DNA of 64,000 nt from Mayamaea pseudoterrestris (GCA_027923505.1 BROI01000005.1:434001-498000); one strand, 5' to 3'. Shown: positions 36,483 through 49,720, counted from the first letter of the stretch. Notes: generated by a model not told the origin, from the sequence alone. A program made the numbers and translations.

Positions 36483-39400
36483 CACTCCTTTGGGCCGAGT
36501 AGTACTTACTGCTCGAGGCCAGATTCATAACCAGGTTGCGGAGCTTGCCAAACTGGGCTCCCTGCAATGGTTTCGTGAAGAAATCCGCGACCATGTCTCC
36601 GGTCGGACAATGCTCAATGTTGACTTCACCAGCTGCCACGCGATCTTTCACAAAGAAGTACCGAACATTCATGTGTCGCGTGCGCTTTGTACTTGAGCTT
36701 CTGCCATTCTTTTCCAACAGCATTGAACTCATATTGTCTTGATACAATTTCGTGTCTTTGACCCCGAAACCTTGCGCCTTCAGAAAATATCCTGTCCACA
36801 GCAACTGCGGTAGCACATCATGAACTCCCACAACTTCGCTCTCCGTCGAGCTTCTTGTTACCAACTTCTGTTTAGCCGACGTACTGTACACTGATCCTTG
36901 GCCAAGTGTCATTGTTCCACCAGTGTGACCCTTCATGTCTGGGTGCACCGCGTACGACGCATCCACCCACCACTGGACTATCCCGGACTGGTCCGCCTTC
37001 AGCGTCAACACCATGTCCACGCTTCCGCGTAAATATTTAATCACTCTTGCAGCCTTCTTATAGTCGTCTTCGTCAGGCTGCTGCAGCCTCGTGCTCAAGA
37101 AAGAAATCGCTGTGCGAATATCCGGTCGCGCTCGCTGACTCAGATACAGACACTGCATCACAATCGTCACAAAAATCTGCTTCTTCGCTTCGCTCAACAT
37201 GACAGGATTTTCCGATATCTGAAACAAGTGACTGGCTGCCGGAGTAGCTGCCGTTCCATCCATGTCGTCTGGCGCATGATGCAGGATGTTCTTCACATAG
37301 TCAACCATGTTGATTGCTACTTCTCAGGCTTAGTATAGTCCAATACCATGCCGAGGTAGTCGTGCACTTTTCCGCGTGACTTATTCATTGGAGTCTCCTT
37401 GCCAAACTCCTCATCCATCTGCGCGATGAACTCATCCACTACGCTCACGTCGACGTGCGAAATCTTCAAATCGTCCACGTGCCATCCCACGGTGATTTGC
37501 TTCCCATTGACAATCTTGTTGCACACACACGGATCGTACGGGTTCTTCTCGAAGCCCCACTCAAGCAATTTTGCGGACAACTTCTCCCAGAATAGTCGCG
37601 CTGCTCGAAGCGTACCATAAAGCGCCATGAGTAATTCAACATACATGACTTTCTCGCCATTCTCCATTGTGACGCAAGGCTCGTACATCTCGCGATCAAT
37701 TTCCAACAGTAGCTCCACCATCTTCCCAGTGAAACGAACGTGCACCAACTCATCCATTTCCGCTTGCATGAAAGCACCCGGTACATCAACCACAGCAACC
37801 TCGCGCCCTTCCATAGCGTCAATGATAGCTGTCAGAAAGATGGCCTCTGTCGCTATCGTTGGAGATGCTGCGTCTTCCTTTGCAGTGTATGCTCGTTGCT
37901 TGCGTCCATCCGCGCATCCGCGTCCCTTCACAGTCCCGCATCTCTTGCGCTTGAGAAACATCAAATACGCCAGAGCGTCCTTGCGCTGCTGCGGAGTCAG
38001 AGTGCATTGGGGGACTGCCTTCATGACGTGCCTGTCGTGTAGCTGCTGCATTTCCTTGCGCACTGCCTCCACTCCAGCATCGCCAAAAGCCTTTAAACCT
38101 TGTCGCATATTCATCTGTGCCGTGACGACTCCTTCAATTTCGCCATCATCCACGGCTGGCGCGTCGTCAAGTTCGCCGTCAATGGCCTCACCATCCTCGT
38201 CGTTCGGCACTCCTTCGATTGCGCCGTCAGCACCATCGTCGTCGTCGTCGTCGTCATCGGTCGCATTCACTCCTTCGCTTCCGCCGGCAGAGTCGTCGTC
38301 ACCGCGAGAAGCGTCGTCATCATAATCAGAGTCATCATCATCCTCGGCGTCATCTTCGTGCCACATGACTGGCTCAGCAGCCTCCGCAACACGGTGGCGG
38401 TCCATGAACACGATGCCCGGATTGGCCTTCTGTTGACGAGCGAGACGATGCACGCGCTCAATGACATCATCAGGCATGGGCAAAGGCGTAGCGTGCCCAC
38501 GATTCAGAACTTTGCCCGAAGACAAACTGAGGAAATAAAACCCACCCTGCACATTACCAGTCGGGCGCAGAGCCAGCGCACCGATCGTGCGCGCCTGCAT
38601 GTCATTGCTGTGCGACTCATGCGTTTGCACATACTGACCAAATTCATACTTGCAATGCCGATTAAAGTCAACTGTCTGACCAGTCACAATAGTGCGTGGA
38701 CTGAGATCCTTCGAAATGCCACGCTCGTTCGGAAACGCATTCAACCAAAACACGGCAGACTTCGTCATTTCGATAACCAAGCGTGCCGGCACGTGCTTAA
38801 ATGGCAACGTGTTGTATGTCGCGCGCGCACCCGTTCTTTCACGACACGGATAAAACGTTCAATTTCGCCAACGTGTTCATCCTCAGATGTCGCATTGAGC
38901 GCCACTCCGAGATCAGCCAACGCGCCAAGCATTGGAGCGAACTCCCCATCCATCAGAGCCGCGACGACACGGAACCCACCGCGTGCGTAAATCTTCAACA
39001 CAGACTCGATTGCCTTCAACATAACCGGAAGCGTACGGTTTTGAATCACCTCAACCGTAGCAAAACGAATGCTGCGGGAGAACGTCACCAACATAGGGAC
39101 TTTGTTGATATACATGATGTCAGCACAAAGAGTAACGTCTCGATAGCGACTCATGATAGCCGGTGGAAGCTGCTCAACAATCGCAGGCTTCACCAGATGC
39201 GACGCGCGACGCGTCGTCTTTCCTTTTAACGAGCCAACATCTGGTCCAAAGATGTGCTCAGCAGCCAGGATGTCGGCCTTCGTCACAGGACAGTTCGGCA
39301 ACTGATTGCTAGTAACGATGCGCAGGTAATCCTTGAGGCTTGGCCGTCCAATTTTGATTTGCAGTTCCCTAGCTCTAACAGCGCGTAAATAGTCATCATT

Positions 39401-41158
39401 GGTGTAGTTAGTACGGTTATCGTCTACCGTAGTCAACATCGCCACTCCATCCTTGACATCGCTGCGCTTGCCCTTCGAAAAGCTCTCGCAAACATACAGC
39501 CCAGAGTCAGTCTCGACAAACTCTCGCTGCTTACCATCCGGCTTCTCCACAACGAACATTGGACGATCCACGCCGTGCATGAGATACTCCACGGTAAACT
39601 TCTTGCGGACTTGCGCCAAACTCAAAATGTTCGCCAGTCCCTGCGGATACCACCACACCGGACCATAGCCCTCCAGGTCGCCCATCATGTTCGTCCTTAC
39701 TGTACCAGCGTTGCACTTGATCACCATCCACGTTGGCACCGGGCGAATGTTCGTCAGCATCTTGGCGTTGCAGAACAGATCCACTGTCGACTGATTGTCC
39801 AAGAGCACAGCCTTCTTCGAGATGTTCACCTTCGGCGGCTGCGCGAACATGTATCCGACCTCATCGTCGTCATCGCTTTCTTCCTCGCTACCCAGCGTGA
39901 AGTGCTGCGCCCCACTAGCCTCTGCAGCCGGCGCACTCTCCGTAGACTCCGTTCTCGTAGGACAGTCTCGCTGCACATGACCAACCTGTTGACAGGTCCA
40001 GCATCTGGGAGGGTCACGCGCTGTACCAGTCGTGTGAAACGCCACGCCCTCGTTCGTTGGCAACGTGGCTTCTCCATCCGCATGCTCACGACGCTGCATG
40101 ATGTTGTATGCATCGTGGATCGTCAACGGGAAGTTGTCGTGCCCGTCGAGGTAGCAGTTGCGCAAGTGCTTGCAATACCCAGCGTATTCGCCCGTTGCGC
40201 CACGCACGAAAAGCATCGCAAGCTCGAGCTCTTCGGCGGCCTTGATATCCTCCTTGTTCGCCTTGTTACGTTTTTCACCGATATCAACGTATAACGCCAC
40301 AATCTCGTTGTGCATCGTGACGCCAACCGCCTTCGCCACGTCTGCCAGCGTGACCATGCTTTCGTAATATTTCTGCAGGCTTTCGCGCGCTCCTTGAGTA
40401 CGTCCGAACAACTCAGCTTGAATGTCCACGACTTGATCCACAAGTTTGCAGCGCCCTTCGTACGTATGCGAGATCTCCTTGATAATCGCCAGCAACTTAA
40501 TTCCGTCCGTGTCCTCCTCGGCGTCTCGGAACTTGGCGTGCGACTTGACACGATCCTTCATACGCTCCGTGCATTGTCCATGCAACACGGCGTAGAGACC
40601 AGCGAGGAAGTCGGAGTATACACGCACGCGCTCGACATGCTCTTTCTTGTCGGCCTTGTATTCCTCGAGCATTATGGACCAGTCCGAGTCCGTCGTGTCG
40701 GCATCCTTCGTTGGACGTGCAGGCTCGTCAGGAATCTCCAGTTCCACGTTGCGCATGCCCTTGAGCAGCTCCTTGGTATATTTCTTGTAGGAGCGCCCGA
40801 CGAAAGTGATGATCTCGTTCGTCGTACGGATGAATCCATCGGGATCGCGCGAACCGTTATAGTCGTAGATGAATCCAGCGAGCGTCGGCTCGCTTCCTTG
40901 GAAATTTCCACTCGGCGCACGACTCGGTCCGTTGAGTCTGTTACCATTGCCTTGATTCCCGGAACGATTCCCAGCACGATTCCCACGACGATAATGACGG
41001 TTGCGTCGGTTTCCTTCGCTTGCTGGCGGAGCGGGAGGTGCACCTCCACCGCTCGACGCCGCTCCTGTCGTCGGAGTATTGCTCGTCGATTTTTCGACGT
41101 ACCAAAGTTCTGGAGAACAATGGAAGCAATAGACTCCAACGGAGTGCAAGCCAAGCAA
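36412..41158 (-). pseudogene. Copia gag-pol polyprotein split by two frameshifts (~38820 and ~37320)
   Basis: Zn knuckle CWTCQQVGHVQRDC; protease LLDNQST; integrase ADIMY...MDGEF...EHVGEIER; RT VDVPGAF, LYGTLRAA, WHVDDL; RNase H VDASYA, STESE, YQDN, ADFFTKPL. Stop codon lies inside the LTR. Confidence 0.93.
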
Positions 41159-41831
41159 GATAAGGGATTAAATTAGTCGACTGCCACTACCAAGTAGTTG
41201 TCGGCTCCGTGGTCGCTCATGGACTCATCATCAAGAAGAAGGTTCATAGGAGGCGTGTAGAGAGATTGGTTAGCGCCCGGGTCGGTAAAGACTCGAAGAC
41301 ACCCTGTGCACCAAGAATGCCTCGTTCCCAAGAAGCAACCGTGATGTGAACGTCCAAAATTAATACTTTTGGGAAGGGTTTTGCCGATGTTATTGATCGT
41401 CATAAAGTTATGTCTATTGCTGCGAATGAAGACGGACTGAGGCGTAGAATCTCGTTAATCGCCCGGGCCAGATGGCAGCAAATAGGCTTCGACTGCGTAG
41501 ATCCTCGCAAAAACAAGGCTCAACGCTCGATAAGTCTTTGTCTATTGCAAGTTGAACTTGTGGAGATATGTATTTAAACATCGCAATGTCAGCAGCGTAC
41601 ACTTCGCCGCAGCATTTTGTTGGCAGTCGTCGCGGTCGCGGTCGTCGTGAAAATCCGACGAAACATGTCAAACCGTCATTATATCGCATCAAAACCAAAA
41701 CCATGCGTCATTCGCATGTGACATTTTCCGCGATCTTTCGTTCCACATCCATGCATCCATGCATTGACAATGGAAGACGACGACTGAAATACTGATTATT
41801 TGTTCTTTTTCTAGTTTGAAACACGGATAGT

Positions 41832-43954
41832 ATGCTGTACAGACCAATTAGGTGCATGAGAAGCCTGCAGTTGAGAGCACGAACGATTTCGTTGGTTCAA
41901 ATTCAAGCGTCTCGCTGCTTATCAATCGGCAGCACCGAAGAACCGCTTCCTGAGGAAGGAGAATGGGCTGGATGCAAGCGCAGCTTTATGAATCCGCTCA
42001 AGATTTCAGACACTGGAGCCGACGTACTTACGAACCCATTGTACAACAAGGGGACAGCCTTCAAATCTGGCGAACGAGACCGGCTGGGGATTCGCGGCAT
42101 GCTGCCACCAAAGATCCAGAATATACGTGAGTATAGGCAAATCTTGATTATCAACGTCTTTGCCGTTCTGATTTGCCATTCTAATTCATAATTTTCACAG
42201 ACATTCAAGAAGCTCGTTTCCTTCAAGCATTGAGGGCCGAGGACAGCAACATTCAGAAATACCTCATGCTGGAAGATTTGCATGACACTAATGAAACACT
42301 TTATCATCGCGTGCTGGTTAATCATTTAGAAGAAATGGCGCCTCTTGTCTATACGCCAACAGTTGGCCAGGCCTGCATGGAATTTGCCAGTCGATTTCGT
42401 CGCCCACGCGGAATGTACTTCACTCATGCGGACCGAGGCAACATGGCAGCCATGGTGTACAACTGGCCGCACAAACGATGTGATGTCATTGTAGTCACGG
42501 ACGGGAGTAGAATCCTCGGACTCGGGGATCTCGGAGCCAATGGAATGGGTATTCCAATAGGTAAACTGTAACTGCCGACAATACCTGCCTTTCTTCTCCT
42601 TTTGTCGTGACTTACCTGCGCTCCTTTTTTCCCTCGATCCAGGCAAGCTCTCACTGTATTGCGCAGCGGGAGGTATCGCGCCTCACCGTGTTCTGCCAGT
42701 GGTTCTTGATGTAGGTACAGACAATGAGGAACTACGACATAACCCATTATACATCGGCGTAGAGGAGAAAAGATTGAGGGGCGACGAGTATTTTTACATG
42801 ATTGACGAATTTATGGAGGCTGTCCGTTTCCGATGGCCCAATGTCCTTGTTCAATTTGAAGATTTTGCGTCGGACGTAGCTCAAGTATTGTTGGACAAGT
42901 ACCGTGAGAACCACCTTTGTTTCAATGACGATATTCAAGGCACAGGAGCAATCACTCTTGCGGCAATTTTAAGCGCGTTGCGAGCCAAAGGGCAGGATGT
43001 CACGGCGCTTGGTCAGCAGAAGATTGTAATTGCTGGTGCTGGTAGTGCCGGGATTGGAATTGCTTACGTGCTGTTGCAAGCAATGATCGAACAAGGCATG
43101 AGCGAAGAAGACGCCAAGAAAGCGTTTTATGTTTGTGATCACGAGGGGTACGCGAAATGAGCAAAGTGTGCGGCAATGACCAGCTTTGTTACTCATGTTT
43201 CTTGTTCTTTTCAGACTTCTTGGAAACGATCGCAACGAATCACTGACTCCGGCGCAGAGAATGTTTGCGCGTGGCGAAGATAGCGGTATGCCACTGCTTG
43301 AAGTTGTAAAAAAAGTTGGACCAACGATTCTTCTCGGTACGTGTGCGTTCAATACGGCCTTTTGTCTCGTCCACAATAAATTTCAAATTTCTGATCGATC
43401 TTCACGACTTGACAGGTGTCACGACGGTCGGTGGCCTATTTACGGAAGAGCTGATTCGTGAGATGGCGAGTCGGTGCGAAAATCCAATCATTTTCCCATT
43501 ATCCAATCCAACTAGTAAAGCAGAGTGCACTGCAGCACAAGCATACGAATGGACGGACGGCAAGTGTGTCTTTGGATCCGGATCACCGTTTGGCGAGGTA
43601 ACATTGAAGGATGGTAGGACGTTTCAGCCAAGCCAAGTGAATAACGTGTATATATTCCCCGGTCTTGGGCTCGGAGCAACGCTCGCCGGGGCAAAACGCA
43701 TCCCTGACCGAATGATTTACACTGCCGCCGAAGCTCTGGCTAACTTTCTTTCCGAGGAGGACATTGCTGCTGGCAAAATTTTGCCACCCCTCCATCGGAT
43801 TCGACTAGCATCCCATGCAATTGCATGTGCTGTCATCCGGGAAGCGCGGCAGTACGGACTTGCTACAGTTGACACACCCGAGGATGGCTTGGAAGAATAC
43901 GTTGCCAAAAAGATGTACTTCCCAGAATATGTTCCGCTTGTCGCGAAGGGGTAG
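41832..43954 (+). CDS. ME: NAD(P)-dependent malic enzyme, probably mitochondrial; exons 41832-42126, 42201-42560, 42643-43147, 43215-43336, 43416-43954
   Basis: [57 protein letters not shown]; four GT-AG introns keep frame. Confidence 0.97.
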
Positions 43955-44266
43955 GTCGGGCACAAGGCGATGAAGAAGAAGTTTTGCTAACAACTTGTTG
44001 AGAATGAGCTTTGCACCTGCTAGCGACATTGTCTGTTCAGGAAATGAATGTTATACAATTCTTACCGGGCCTGACAAAGATATCTATTGTGCTCATAATA
44101 CATGCAGCTGCCACACTCTTGGGGACGTCTATTATTACTATTCTTAGCTTTCTATCGTCATTATCCTCGTTTAGCGTACCGGTACAAACCTATTAGGTGT
44201 ATAGCCGGTGCGACGAGATAGACCACCGCGCGAGATTTTTCCTTTGTCGCGTCCCTCGTCGTCACC

Positions 44267-46096
44267 ATGACACATTCACAACGAGCCATGCGGTTCTTAG
44301 CAAATTGCACTCAACAAAGCGTTGGTACTGCCATGCACTACACCAAATCTTCATCCGAAAGTGTAAATGAAGAGATTGAATACAAACCAAATGAGTATGA
44401 CGACTTCATCTACCGCCCAGTCGGTTTCACGCAGACGGCTCAGACGCAAGCTTCTGCGCACTGCAAGGCTATTAAGTGCCGCCAGAGAGATCCGCTTGTA
44501 CGTCAACAGCTTTTAAATGATGTTCGGGGAGAGGAAGAAGCAAACGATAGTAAATGCGCCAGTTCCGAAGACGAGTTTTCGGCATCATGTTGTTTGGACA
44601 GCGAAACTCAAACGTCCGACAGCTGCATCGAGCAAGATCCATTTGCGGCATTGGTTGCGTTACTTCAACCAAAGAATCAGCAAAGCACTCAAACTCTCCG
44701 GATAAGTGACGATGCACACTCAGTATGCTCGCCGACGCAGTTCTCCGACAAGGAATTTACTACCGGTAGCTCACAGCTTGAGATAAATGTGCAGCCACTG
44801 GCAGGGAATGACAACGCGACAGCAATTGGCGTGGATGTCCCTCCTCCTGGAGCGCCCAAACGACTGCTTGAAGCTGATGAGCAATTATCTAAGTCACTAG
44901 AACATCAGGAGTTTCTACTATCCAATGCGACTTCACTGCCAGGTGCAACGAACTTTTCGCGTCGCCCCGTCTCCACTATGCACGGCGACGATGTCCACTT
45001 TCAGTCCTTGTGGATGGAGAGTCGTCGCGCAGCTAGAGACAAGAATCATAGTGACTCGTCGGGTTTAACGAGCGGTCGGCGCAAACGAGTGGGTATCGTC
45101 CGGGCGAAACATTCGATAGTCGGATCCATGTAAGTAGCCCATACAATAGCACAGTCGCGGAGTCTGATGCTGCTAATGTAAGTTCTATCGCTATATAGGC
45201 CAAAACATTGGGGTGCTCGTATCACCTCGAGTGCAACAACATTTTCATTCACTCGTCAAGCCAAGTCCCTCGCCGTGCAGGCGCTTGCCCGCCCATTGGC
45301 TGCGCCAAACGCGTCTTCAATGACAAATCTACCGTGTCTCCAAAATGATACCCCATCCAGTGCGCTATTGACGTTGAAAGGCAAATCCAAAAGTTTTATG
45401 CCGTCTTTTCTCCTTGATGCTATGCCTGCGGAACACTCCAATGCTATTGATGAAGTTAGCAATCACCTGCCAGACTTGGAAATTGTCAATGATGCTTCGC
45501 CGTTTTCAGTTTATGGCGGTGGGAAGAATGCTCATTTTCCTCCGCCTCTTTTCGCATCTCCTCCGCCCAATAAGAAGCGCAAAAATGGTGTGCTCATGGG
45601 ACGTCTTCAGCAGATTCGCAGCGACATTCTTGGCGACGCTATTAGGTTGCAGTCGGGCCAATACCCATTTCAAAAGAAAATTCCTGCTTTTGACACGAAT
45701 GACCCCCGCACCAGGGCAACGAGTTGGATGAATGTTACAATTGTTGGTGACATGGATACTTGGGGGGTCGAGACTACCGGTAGCTCCAGCCAGCAGCTTT
45801 TTGCTTTGGGCTTTGTTCATGATCATGTTGCGCTCGCGCATGGAATGGATGCGGCGCAAAAACCGAAAGAGTGTCTGGTAATGCTGCTTCTGAACAAACA
45901 ACCGATTCGATCTCTCAATCTACAGAAAGGTTCAGCTCTTCGCCTCTACAATACAGTCGCAACCGCTGTGCTTGGGCCGATCACATGGGTCGTCACTTGT
46001 ACAGACCTGTGTGAGCTTTATCCTTCGGACATTCTTGGCGAGCTTTTCCTCCCAAGTACAAATCTGCTCTGCTATCAGTTAGACGCGACAAAGTAG
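44267..46096 (+). CDS. Hypothetical protein (ORFs 44267-45133 and 45275-46096, probably spliced)
   Basis: Two long same-strand ORFs with a GTAAGT donor near 45130; acceptor not resolved; no family recognised. Confidence 0.55.
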
Positions 46097-46467
46097 CACC
46101 GAGGGGTCTTGGCAAGCGGTGGCGACTGCATGCCCGGCATGTTTCATGCATACACTAATAATGTAGCGGCGTAATTATGGTCGCTCATCACGTTGCATAA
46201 TCTGTGTCAATGTCTGACCATTAGTTTTTGTGCATGCACAATCAAAATTGTTAAAATCGACTAATAGTAAAAGCGCAGACGACCAATGCCAAAAGCTCGA
46301 CGAGGACGATCGATCAATATTTTAGACACCGTTGCGACTCGTCAATCAACTTCTTGTTGCTCGTCGCATTCGCGACGTCCAATGTGCGAGGCGGCTGTGC
46401 GACCAAAGACTGCTCCCAGTTAAAGGTTGTTGCTATCAATATATAGACGACAGTTTCATTATCGTCA

Positions 46468-47649
46468 ATGCTTGTCCGCAAGTTTATCAGTCACCGCCTG
46501 AATACGTATTACTCACAGCCGTCGCAGTCAGTAGTTGGTGGAGTAAGCGAGCCTTTGCCCCTGCATTACGGTCGTGCTTATTGGTTGTACAAGTACAAAA
46601 GGCTGTACAAGCAGAACCATGGACAGTGGCTGACACCAGTGGAATTGTTTCAGCCCTTCTACTCAAAAGTTTTGCTCAACTGGATGCTGAAACATGCAGT
46701 GGATGGCTATCGACACCACATTGTGGAGCTAGGACCTGGTCGAGGAACTAATGCCAAGATTCTGCTGGATACACTCAAGAAAGAATATCCAGAACAATTC
46801 GCCAACATTCTGTATACGCTTGTTGATTCTTCGACATCTCTACTCGGCCTTCAACAAGAAACGCTTTCAGAATTTGATGGGCGCACAGTTACGTTTTTCC
46901 GATCTGATTTGATGCATGCTGCCGAAAGTGACCAGTATTTGCTACCTCCTTCCAATGACCGGACCGTAGTTTTGGCGCTTGAATTATGGGATAATTTGCC
47001 GCATGACAAGATACGAATGAAGAATGGCGTGCTTGAACAAGCTGAAATTGTGCGAGCCGATAACAAGGTGCCATTACAAAATGACGAACTCGAAGACCAG
47101 TCGATTGAACTAGAAGAAATTTTCGTGCCATTGTCTGATCCTCTCATCAAAGACATTTTACAAGTGGCGCCTGAGTACATTCCTCGCCGGGGAATTGCAT
47201 GGATTCCATCAGTGGCATGTGGTATCCTCGTCCAATTGCAGAGAACGCGGCGGCTTTCATCACTGCTCATTGCTGACTTTGATTGGCTTCCTCGGGGTGA
47301 CTTTAACGCAACTCTTAGACGAAGTTCTGCTCTGGCTCACGTAGGTGAACCCATCATCACTTGCATGAGTGATGTCGATCACCCATGTTATTTACAGGCA
47401 CCTCTACGAAGTGACATTCTGTTTCCAACAGACTTTAGCAAGTTTGCGACATATGCCAAGCGCATCTGCGGCGATGCGGCAGAAGTAAAAATCTACAAGC
47501 AGCAGGAGTTTCTTAGATTGTATGGTCCAAACGAAGTAAGGGCGACGACTAATTGGCTAAGTGGATTCAGCCCATTAACCACTGATTTTGACAACTGTAG
47601 CATCATGACAGTAATACACCGAGAACTTAAACCGAATTTATCGCATTGA
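46468..47649 (+). CDS. SAM-dependent methyltransferase, MidA/NDUFAF7 family
   Basis: WLTPVELFQPFYS, IVELGPGRGT (motif I), LALELWDNLPHD, LIADFD, DILFPTDF. Confidence 0.8.
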   Translation: MLVRKFISHRLNTYYSQPSQSVVGGVSEPLPLHYGRAYWLYKYKRLYKQNHGQWLTPVELFQPFYSKVLLNWMLKHAVDGYRHHIVELGPGRGTNAKILLDTLKKEYPEQFANILYTLVDSSTSLLGLQQETLSEFDGRTVTFFRSDLMHAAESDQYLLPPSNDRTVVLALELWDNLPHDKIRMKNGVLEQAEIVRADNKVPLQNDELEDQSIELEEIFVPLSDPLIKDILQVAPEYIPRRGIAWIPSVACGILVQLQRTRRLSSLLIADFDWLPRGDFNATLRRSSALAHVGEPIITCMSDVDHPCYLQAPLRSDILFPTDFSKFATYAKRICGDAAEVKIYKQQEFLRLYGPNEVRATTNWLSGFSPLTTDFDNCSIMTVIHRELKPNLSH

Positions 47650-48227
47650 CAAACTCCAACACTCTATCTTGGTGATGATTGAACTAAAAAACCAATGTGT
47701 ATTCTTAACGTCCACGGCGCATAGTTTGCTAACGGACGCCTCTTCGCTGGCGCCCCAAACGCCGACGACGTTTGAGAGGATAAGACGGCAAAAACGACAC
47801 GACGGAAACAGCGCATTACACTTCCTCCGCCTTTGGCGCCCCGCTGTAATTGAAGTTTCTTAAGTTAAAGGCTAAGATTCGTCCGTTTCTAGTGATTCCA
47901 GAATGATGCAGATAGAATAGCCGGTGATGACGAGCTGACATTAGCCAAGCAACAGAAATGAAGCCACATATGGCAGATGTGGTCGCTTTTGTCATCGTCA
48001 TGGTATTAATATTAGCCTTCGTCCATCAAAGAATCTAACTGCTGACGTATATGATTGAGTACTCCCTCAAGTAGTCCATCTTCGGTTTCTTTCTGTGCCT
48101 AGTGATTGGGATTCTGTCACCCTCGCATAATTTTGGTTACACTACTCGTATATGTGTGGCTCGAAACACTTGCGGATGGTGCGTAAATGTTACTAACCTC
48201 ATTCGTTTTCTTAGCGCTGAAACCAGA

Positions 48228-49415
48228 TTATGCGTTATTGTCATTTTCGTCATCAGTATCGCTGCTCAGCTCCAAAACACTTGTCTCTGACTCGTCCGAG
48301 AAAGTTCGATTCTTCCGAGCGGAACGAGCAACTGACCCGATGTTGGTAATTTTTGTACCGCTAGCACGTGTCGCCGGTTGTCGTGCCCGGCTGGATTGTT
48401 TTGTGTGCAGGGCCAGTTGGGCGGACGAGAGATCACTGTGACTGGATTTGTTGCTTGCGTCGCACTTGTCTTCCTCACTATTATCAGCCAAATCGTCTTC
48501 TTCGTCTCCTTCATTTTCGTTATACGCCAAATTTTTGCGGTTCGATTTGGATTGTCGAGACAGTGAGGTTCGTCTTGATAGAAATGCAGGAGTGGAAATC
48601 AGTATTTCGGATTCCTCGTCGTCACTCTCAGTCTCGGTGAGGCCAGCCAGTGTTGTCATTCCTTGCCGTGGCATCTTTTCCGTATCGTTGGTGATCCATT
48701 TTCCTGCTGATTCAGCTTGTTTAGTTCGATTAGATCCTCCGTAATGATCAAGTTCGGCTCCCTCGCCAAGATCGTACGGGGCTGCAGGGTCGTTGCCAAT
48801 TGGCGGATCGCCGCCAATAAGTGTTCCATTTCCAAATATAATGACCGTGCCAAAGACGTGCTTCACCGCTACACGTTGCTTTTTTTTCGTTGGTTGAAAG
48901 GAAACGACGAGGAACTTGCTGTTGGTGTCAACGTGTTGCCCATCAAACTGCAGAATCGATGCGGACGAAGCCTCATTGCTTGCGTGACCGAGTGATAGCG
49001 ACAAGACTGGTTTCGTCGCAAAGTTTTCCACGACGCCAAGCGTCAAAAGCTGTGAGAAAAGCCTAGCCTTCTTCCCGTTAAAAGCAATTTGATCATTGTT
49101 CGTGCCATCCTCGTCGTCAGTTGAACAACCGTCCTGACTGTGAGATTGCGTGGTGGATTCATCCTTCTTGCCCGATGTATTGAGTTGTAAAGTGCCAGGT
49201 AATAGACAAAGGTAATTTTGCGGAATCGTCTTCTTTTGCGACGCAGCCTTGACTACAAAAACATCCGCTCCCGAGGAAGCGTGGAGCAATGGACCAGGAG
49301 CCAAGGTTGATTGCTCGATGAGTCCTTGCGACGGATCCTTTGCATCAATCGGCCAATCACTGGGAAAATCTGCTTTCTTGGATGAACTTTTCCCTTTACT
49401 TGCTTTCGATGACAT
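48228..49415 (-). CDS. RHL1-like (topoisomerase VI accessory) DNA-binding protein
   Basis: GADV...YLCLLPG...LGVVENFATKPVLSL...LQFDGQHVDTNSKFLVVSF...KHVFGTVIIFG resembles the plant RHL1 core; acidic/basic disordered C-terminus. Start MSSK at 49415 inferred. Confidence 0.6.
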   Translation of the reverse strand: MSSKASKGKSSSKKADFPSDWPIDAKDPSQGLIEQSTLAPGPLLHASSGADVFVVKAASQKKTIPQNYLCLLPGTLQLNTSGKKDESTTQSHSQDGCSTDDEDGTNNDQIAFNGKKARLFSQLLTLGVVENFATKPVLSLSLGHASNEASSASILQFDGQHVDTNSKFLVVSFQPTKKKQRVAVKHVFGTVIIFGNGTLIGGDPPIGNDPAAPYDLGEGAELDHYGGSNRTKQAESAGKWITNDTEKMPRQGMTTLAGLTETESDDEESEILISTPAFLSRRTSLSRQSKSNRKNLAYNENEGDEEDDLADNSEEDKCDASNKSSHSDLSSAQLALHTKQSSRARQPATRASGTKITNIGSVARSARKNRTFSDESETSVLELSSDTDDENDNNA

Positions 49416-49720
49416 GCTGCGCGGAGGACAACCTATGACTGACGGCAGGGCAAGGGTTTTAGTGTAGTACTTAGCCCACAATTAGAGCAAAGTTGGGAGA
49501 TCCACGCTTTGAAACTGCTCACTGTCAATGTCCGTCCGTTTCCGAAACTTCAAAAACAATCGTACCGGTACTCGCCGACAACCACCCGTGCATGCACCAC
49601 TACGGTAGTAGAGAATCACAATGGATATTCGTCGTCAGACATTTAAGACTACGCGACGCGTGTCAAGTGCAGACAGTAACCAAGAATCTATTTCAATTGC
49701 ACTCAACACTATCAACCACC

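Larger units (their letters stand above)
36272..41409 (-). mobile_element. Ty1/copia LTR retrotransposon (diatom CoDi-like), 3' LTR present, 5' LTR absent
   Basis: Order gag-PR-IN-RT-RH; LTR 36272-36482 preceded on the minus strand by purine tract aaaggagtg; no LTR copy beyond 41410. Confidence 0.95.

Noticed and set aside
37310..38830. Programmed ribosomal frameshifting in the copia pol
   Set aside because: The breaks fall within integrase and RT, not at the gag-pol boundary, and no slippery heptamer is evident; mutation or sequencing error is more likely.
37627..41176. Several 230-300-aa plus-strand ORFs inside the copia
   Set aside because: Antisense shadows of GC-rich gag-pol.
47650..48227. 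Possible snoRNA (GTGATGA boxes) or 26-aa hydrophobic micro-ORF MKPHMADVVAFVIVMVLILAFVHQRI
   Set aside because: No suitably spaced C/D pair or terminal stem; the ORF is too short to support without expression data.
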